Virus record (IMG/VR): IMGVR_UViG_3300029288_000075
Location: 32,001 to 96,000 of that record
Length of the DNA stretch: 64,000 nucleotides
Origin: a virus
Lineage: Duplodnaviria; Caudoviricetes
Strand: one strand, 5' to 3'
Shown here: in pieces, positions 59,004-64,000 of the stretch
Layout: the number at the start of each line of letters is the position of its first letter
How positions within the stretch are numbered: the first letter of the stretch is position 1
The notes under the pieces: model-generated
What the model was told of the DNA's origin: nothing
What the model saw: the letters and a program-made list of their open reading frames with translations, nothing else
The model's database searches: none
Translations under genes and position numbers: made by a program

Positions 59004-59651
59004 ATGTCTGTTCATCCTGCCCTGAAGACGGCCGAAGACTGGTCTCCTACTCGGTTGGGCCTGCCGCTGGCAGTTCTTGCTGGTGGAACGCTGCTGTACC
59101 ACGGGTTGCGCAAGGGTAGACAAAGCGATGCCAACGCTGACCTTGCGAGAGACCAAGCTGTACGCGACGTAGCAGCTCAGCGCAACGCCGGTGTAGTTGG
59201 TACCTTGCGTGGCGGTTCCCCCTTGAACCCCGCGGGTGCTGCCATCTACAACAACGAGAGGGCGCAAAGCGCGGACATTGGGGACACTCTCATGTTTGAC
59301 AAGGGCGCCATGGCGCAGCTTCAGCGGTCGTGCACGTTGGTGGCAAAGCATGCGGGCATTGGTGGGGCTGTATTGGGGGCGGTCAACAAGCTGCCTAATT
59401 TGCTTGGAAAACCGCTAGGCGCAGTAGGCCGCACCGCGGTGAAGGGGTTGAAGGCTGTGACACCAAGCACCGGGATGGGCACCAAGCTCATGCTGGGGGC
59501 GGGCGCTGCCGGATTGGGCTATGGGGCGTACAAAGCGGGCAAAGGTGTCTACAACTACGGTATGCAGCAGAACTCTCCCCGAGAGCTCGGCGGACATGCC
59601 GCGGCGTTGCCCACCTACACGAACCAGTTTGGCGTTCCTACGATGGGTTGA
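59004..59651 (+). CDS. K-x-A/Gly-zipper protein
   Basis: KTAE, KHAG then a cationic amphipathic segment; -10-like TACACT 7 nt before ATG. Confidence 0.65.
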   Translation: MSVHPALKTAEDWSPTRLGLPLAVLAGGTLLYHGLRKGRQSDANADLARDQAVRDVAAQRNAGVVGTLRGGSPLNPAGAAIYNNERAQSADIGDTLMFDKGAMAQLQRSCTLVAKHAGIGGAVLGAVNKLPNLLGKPLGAVGRTAVKGLKAVTPSTGMGTKLMLGAGAAGLGYGAYKAGKGVYNYGMQQNSPRELGGHAAALPTYTNQFGVPTMG

Positions 59652-59716
59652 CGTAGAATAGGGCAACCAGGGCCGCTTAGGCCCGCCAATTCATCGGGCA
59701 AGTTACGGAGGAAGTC

Positions 59717-60736
59717 ATGAGTTCAGGTTCTGGCCTACTTTCAAGTTCCAAGGGAATACATGCACATCTGGTGGATAAGCCCGGAGGTGTCGCGGGCGAG
59801 GTGTACGACCTGCGCAATGACCTCAAGGCGGCGTTGGCACCTATCGCTGCTGTCACTGTCGAGGAGTTCACCAATCCGGTAAGCAACGACTCGTCAGCTG
59901 CTGGGCTGCTCATTGCGACCGCCACGGTGGCTGCCCAGGTAGTGTTGGCTCGTACGGATTTGATCGCGGCAGGTCTAGCACAGCTAGCCTTGTGGCCACG
60001 GCAGCTGGTATTTACTACCGCGGGAACTACTCCTGCCGACGCGCCAGCCACGGCTACGGTGGTCGGTAAGGACTACGCGGGTGTGGCTGCTACTGAGGTG
60101 GTGACGTTGGCACAGACGGGCACCACTGCCAACTCAACTACGCGGTGGAGTGACATCACGTCAATCACGTACCCTGCAGCGGATGGTACCGATGCAACGG
60201 TGGCCATTGGGTACGATTCAGCCCTGATCAGCCATGCGCGGGCTACGCAGACTACGCCGCTTGTTCTTACTGCGGCAAACGCGTTGGTGCAGACGGACCT
60301 GATCAAGCACCCTCGGCAGATCGTGTTTACTACGGCGGGAACCACGCCGTCTGATGCGCCTGCGACGGTGCTCATTACTGGTCACGATGCGCAGGGGAAA
60401 CCGCAGACGGAGACAGTTACGCTGGCGCAAACCGGCACCACTGCCACGTCAACGAAGTTCTTCGCGAGCATTACGTCATTGGCTTTCGCAGCTGGCGACG
60501 GTACCGGTGCCACGATTTCGGTTGGCTTCGTGGACACTACGATTGGCTTGTCGCGCCCTGTGAAGACTCGAGCAGGCAATACCAGCCTGATCAAAGAGAT
60601 CTACGATGCCAACGTGGTGACGAACGGCGCCCTTACGGCAGCTGCTTCTGCTCTTCCGTACGGCAGCTACACGCCCAACGGGGCTCCCAACGGCGTGCAC
60701 GACTACGCCATCTACTACGAGTACGACGCCGCGTAG
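59717..60736 (+). CDS. Thr/Ala-rich structural protein with two tandem domains
   Basis: PRQ.VFTTAGTTP.DAPAT...VTLAQTGTTA.ST occurs twice. Confidence 0.7.
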   Translation: MSSGSGLLSSSKGIHAHLVDKPGGVAGEVYDLRNDLKAALAPIAAVTVEEFTNPVSNDSSAAGLLIATATVAAQVVLARTDLIAAGLAQLALWPRQLVFTTAGTTPADAPATATVVGKDYAGVAATEVVTLAQTGTTANSTTRWSDITSITYPAADGTDATVAIGYDSALISHARATQTTPLVLTAANALVQTDLIKHPRQIVFTTAGTTPSDAPATVLITGHDAQGKPQTETVTLAQTGTTATSTKFFASITSLAFAAGDGTGATISVGFVDTTIGLSRPVKTRAGNTSLIKEIYDANVVTNGALTAAASALPYGSYTPNGAPNGVHDYAIYYEYDAA

Positions 60737-61231
60737 TTACGCCAGCCACCAAAAGTCCGGAAGCTCCGCCCTTGCAGTACGTTGGGGGCGGGGCTTTCGT
60801 ATTCGTGATGGACGTTGTTGCGCGCCGGCTGACTTGGTGAACTGCCGCTTCTTCTCGGCTGGCTTAGCTGGGGCGGCTTGGTAGTAGTCGACAGTGGCCA
60901 GATTTAGGAGTCTGCGGTCACTCGGATTCAAGTGCTCTACGGATTTGCTCCCTTGCATCAACTGCCCCATGAGTTCGTGCGTCTCTACGCCGTACTTTTC
61001 CGGATGCAGTTGGAAGTCTTCTAGCAGCACCGCCGGATCCCCCAGGTATCCGGAGAACAGGTCCGTCTCTTTCCTCGTCTGCGTCGTCTGCTTCTTCAAA
61101 TCCTCTGCTACCAAGTCTTCGAAGCGAGGAAATGTCAGTGGGGATAGCGGGGCCAAAGGCTCGAGCGGCTCTAGAAAGGGCAGGTTGATGTCTGGCGATG
61201 ACGCCTTCGAAGACGGCTTCTTTGTAGTCAT
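60737..61231 (-). CDS. Hypothetical protein
   Basis: ORF abutting the convergent gene; protein-like composition. Confidence 0.6.
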   Translation of the reverse strand: MTTKKPSSKASSPDINLPFLEPLEPLAPLSPLTFPRFEDLVAEDLKKQTTQTRKETDLFSGYLGDPAVLLEDFQLHPEKYGVETHELMGQLMQGSKSVEHLNPSDRRLLNLATVDYYQAAPAKPAEKKRQFTKSAGAQQRPSRIRKPRPQRTARAELPDFWWLA

Positions 61232-61449
61232 GGATGATCCTAGATCGCATAGCTAAAAGGTAGTGGGAGCAGATGGCCCCCATTACCTCCAGGCTGCCCT
61301 TTGGAGGCAACCTGCGTTTCTTCAACTCGTGGTTCACCACGTACGTGTACATACGCAAAAGTTCCCACACCTCTTCGAGCATGCGTGGTCCGCTTCTGCC
61401 GTACTTGCGTATGAAGTGCATGCATGTACTGTACTTGAACTTGCCGCCG

Positions 61450-62163
61450 TCAGCCAGTCTGGCGTTCTTCCACCGACGTTGACGCCAGATTCTTGTACAG
61501 ACCGTACTCTCGTACGCGGTCAGGGCCCCAGTAGTACCAGCTGTACTCGATGGAATCCCCAGGCATAAGGGTACCCGAGATGTCTTTGCCATGCCCATCT
61601 AAGGTACCCTCCGGATACCTAGGGTACACCCCCTCGAGCATGAAGCGGATACGGTCTGGCACTGGGAAGATGCTTGGGGGCATCGAACGGAAGAAGTCAT
61701 TCTTGCCGTTGTTGGAACCACCGCCAGTCCAGTTGCTACGTTGCAATATGACAACGTGGTCAGAGATGGCCAGGCACTTCAAGGCAACGTCGAGGGCCAG
61801 CGAAAACGGCGGATTGGTGATGGATACGTCAAGGTAGCGCTGCCCATTGCTGATATCCACCCCGTACTTCTTGGCAAGCTTTCGTGCGTTCCATTCCTTC
61901 AAGAAGTCTTTGGGGCAGTACAGCGTAAGTGGGATCCCTAAGTCTCGTAGTTTCGGTGCGCACTCTTCTCTCTTCTCTACGGCGTGCCATTTGCATCGGC
62001 GTGGACGCATCTCTTCCACCGCCTGAATGATACGTCCGTTTCCAGCGCAGGGCTCGAGCCATAGCCCGCCTGGCAGGGATACTTCTTCGAGCAATCGGCG
62101 GACACACCACATGGGTGTCTCCCAGTTTTCGGTGGTGTGCTTACCTCGGTTCGTGCTGGACAT
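61450..62163 (-). CDS. Orphan amino (N6A-type) DNA methyltransferase
   Basis: WETP, LEPCAGNG (motif I), ITNPPF (motif IV). Confidence 0.85.
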   Translation of the reverse strand: MSSTNRGKHTTENWETPMWCVRRLLEEVSLPGGLWLEPCAGNGRIIQAVEEMRPRRCKWHAVEKREECAPKLRDLGIPLTLYCPKDFLKEWNARKLAKKYGVDISNGQRYLDVSITNPPFSLALDVALKCLAISDHVVILQRSNWTGGGSNNGKNDFFRSMPPSIFPVPDRIRFMLEGVYPRYPEGTLDGHGKDISGTLMPGDSIEYSWYYWGPDRVREYGLYKNLASTSVEERQTG

Positions 62164-62165
62164 AG

Positions 62166-63161
62166 CTACCTTTCACGACGGTTCCATTCGACCTTGTCAA
62201 ATCCAAGCTTGTCGATAATCCACTCAGTTACGTGTGGGCGTAGGGCTGTTCGCAGCCAGTTCTTTGTGATGTGCGGCGGTGGTACCTTGTGCTCGAGCAG
62301 TGTTTCGAAGCGTAGCGCGGCAGCCTTGTCGGTGCGCGCCCTTTTGAAGATATTGAAGCCTTCGGCCGTAAGTATCTTGACGATGTCGTACAGGCATACT
62401 CCGTCTGCTATGTCGCTGCCTGTAGCACGGTCAGGCACGCACAGGCTGGCCATAGGGGCACAGTAGTGCCGTTCTCTCAGGTACTTTGACATGTTGGCGC
62501 TGATGGTTCCCCAGGACCCTGTTGTCAGGTCAGCCAGGGGATCACTCACGTACTTTTGGTGGCTTTCCAAGTCGGCCTGCCACGGTGCGGGGCCTTGCAG
62601 TAGGAAGTCCAGGTAGGCAGTCACGTAGCTTCCCAGATCCCGGGCAGCACGAGAGGCATCCTGCGCAGGGGTCTCGGCCATTACTATGTAGCCGGCATAG
62701 TTGAATGACATGGGCATGTTGTAGGGGAATATTCCCTGTGGGCTCTTGATGTAGCCCAGCGTGCGGCAACCGCGAGGTGTCCCACCAAAGACCTGAAAGC
62801 CACGTGGCATGAACTCGTTCAGCCGCTGGTGCGTGCTTTTTGCAAACCAGCCGGCGTCGGACAGTGTGAAGAAGCTACGTCTAAAATGCAGGATAGGGTT
62901 GCGGAAGTAGCTGACCACGTAGGTGTCCCCTATCGAGTCATCCCAAAGGTCGATTCCGGCTTCGTCCTTCTCTGCGCGGTGCAGCGTGGTCTTGTTACAT
63001 AGGACACGCTTGTCGGGGTCGACCCGTCCCTGCATCATTGGGTACTTGGCCACTGTGGCTTGGTGGTCTTCGAGGATGCCTTTGGCTATTTCGTAGTCCA
63101 TGAGGTACTTATCGCCGCTAGTACAACTGAATTGCCGTTGTATTTTCCAACTACCTTGCAT
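62166..63161 (-). CDS. Hypothetical protein
   Basis: Long ORF; start moved to ATG 63161 to avoid overlap with the divergent gene. Confidence 0.65.
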   Translation of the reverse strand: MQGSWKIQRQFSCTSGDKYLMDYEIAKGILEDHQATVAKYPMMQGRVDPDKRVLCNKTTLHRAEKDEAGIDLWDDSIGDTYVVSYFRNPILHFRRSFFTLSDAGWFAKSTHQRLNEFMPRGFQVFGGTPRGCRTLGYIKSPQGIFPYNMPMSFNYAGYIVMAETPAQDASRAARDLGSYVTAYLDFLLQGPAPWQADLESHQKYVSDPLADLTTGSWGTISANMSKYLRERHYCAPMASLCVPDRATGSDIADGVCLYDIVKILTAEGFNIFKRARTDKAAALRFETLLEHKVPPPHITKNWLRTALRPHVTEWIIDKLGFDKVEWNRRER

Positions 63162-63224
63162 GTTCTCAGGATTTTGGGCATGCTGTACTCTCAAGTCGGG
63201 CTTCGAGCCAGAAAGTGAGATTGT

Positions 63225-63677
63225 ATGAGTCATTTCGTTTACGCCATGCAGAGCACAGACAGAGCGCCTGCCGGAGGAGGCACGACGCACGACTGGTTCA
63301 TGTACTACAAGTGGGACGTAGCGGATGAGACCTACGTACCCTACCTCCTTCCGGAGGGAGCCATGCGACCTGCAGAGCACGACACCATCTGGTTCGTGGA
63401 GGACCAGTATCCAATAGGCTGTGCGCAGGTTACCAAGGTTGTGGAAGACCACCTGAATGACAGGCACGAAATCTACTACGATACTCGGGAACTTCAGGAC
63501 TTCCATGGGCAACGGACGGTAAAAACGGCCCAGCCCAGTGGCTTGGTGACGTCTGCGAGCTCGGTGGCCTTCTTCGATGAGCTGAAAAAGCGCATGGATG
63601 TCGTGTATCAGCCGCGGTCAGTGCTTGCCTCCCAGGCAGTCACCAAGGAGGTAATTGCGGAGTCAGCTGCGAAGTAG
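63225..63677 (+). CDS. Hypothetical protein
   Basis: 150-aa ORF with globular composition. Confidence 0.6.
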   Translation: MSHFVYAMQSTDRAPAGGGTTHDWFMYYKWDVADETYVPYLLPEGAMRPAEHDTIWFVEDQYPIGCAQVTKVVEDHLNDRHEIYYDTRELQDFHGQRTVKTAQPSGLVTSASSVAFFDELKKRMDVVYQPRSVLASQAVTKEVIAESAAK

Positions 63678-63733
63678 TTGCTACAAGTACTTGCCAGCCG
63701 CCTGATTTTGTAGCAATACAGGCAAGTACAATC

Positions 63734-63741
63734 GGGGATAA
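63734..63741 (+). promoter_or_regulatory. Putative phage promoter GGGGATAA
   Basis: ATCGGGGATAA shared with the 35979 site; upstream of AGGAG RBS and ATG 63765. Confidence 0.45.
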
Positions 63742-63764
63742 CCCCGCAGCACAGGAGCAGCACC

Positions 63765-64000
63765 ATGAGCAGCTACCAGAAATTCACCCTCGCATTCTTT
63801 CGTAAGCGTCTACAAGAGGGGGCCTACGAGAACGCCACCGGGGCTAACCGGGCCATCGGCAAGACTAGGGAGTTGACGGATACGGAAAAGGACAGTGCAC
63901 GAGCGTTGGTGCGCAAGCACTTTGGAGAGAGTGCGCCAGCGCCGAAGAAGGCAGCCAAGAAGACGGTGAAGAAGGCAGCTGCCAAGAAGACCGTCAGTAA
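63765..64000 (+). CDS. Protein with histone H1-like K/A-rich region (runs off window)
   Basis: Translated by hand: MSSYQKF...APAPKKAAKKTVKKAAAKKTVS. Confidence 0.7.
   Translation, partial: MSSYQKFTLAFFRKRLQEGAYENATGANRAIGKTRELTDTEKDSARALVRKHFGESAPAPKKAAKKTVKKAAAKKTVS

Noticed and set aside
60918-61598. 226-aa minus-strand ORF
   Set aside because: It overlaps both the MTase and the 60737 gene in other frames and spans a terminator-like hairpin; a short real gene in 61250-61450 cannot be excluded.
1-64000. CRISPR array, introns or inteins, stop-codon reassignment
   Set aside because: No spaced direct repeats were seen; PolA, helicases, TerL and RNAP read continuously without intein motifs; genes pack tightly under the standard code using all three stops.

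Overview
The whole 64 kb window is part of a large contractile-tailed dsDNA phage (Caudoviricetes); no host housekeeping genes and no integrase were seen. From 1 to 10.1 kb on the minus strand is a replication module: PolA, a gp32-like SSB, DnaG primase, DnaB-like helicase, a family-4 UDG-like protein and an SF2 helicase. From 10.2 to 60.7 kb, mostly on the plus strand, is a morphogenesis module: portal, spike/PAAR-like protein, terminase, prohead protease, scaffold-like proteins, major capsid, neck, sheath and tube. A single-chain 2131-aa beta-beta' RNA polymerase gene sits inside this module. Minus-strand islands (MoxR AAA + VWA/metallopeptidase, small membrane proteins, an HTH protein) and three HNH endonucleases interrupt it. 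The best candidate for an undescribed system has three parts. (i) About 14 head-associated ORFs are strongly enriched in K-x-A(S/A/G) motifs, next to an HK97/assemblin-fold protease. (ii) These motifs delimit Gly-zipper, cationic amphipathic modules that may be released inside the capsid. (iii) Transcription appears to use two promoter classes: GGGATAA promoters and TTTTCTTAGC-tailed terminators on the island genes, and sigma70-like extended -10 elements on the structural genes and the RNAP gene, suggesting a virion-packaged RNAP. All calls come from manual motif reading; no database searches were run.
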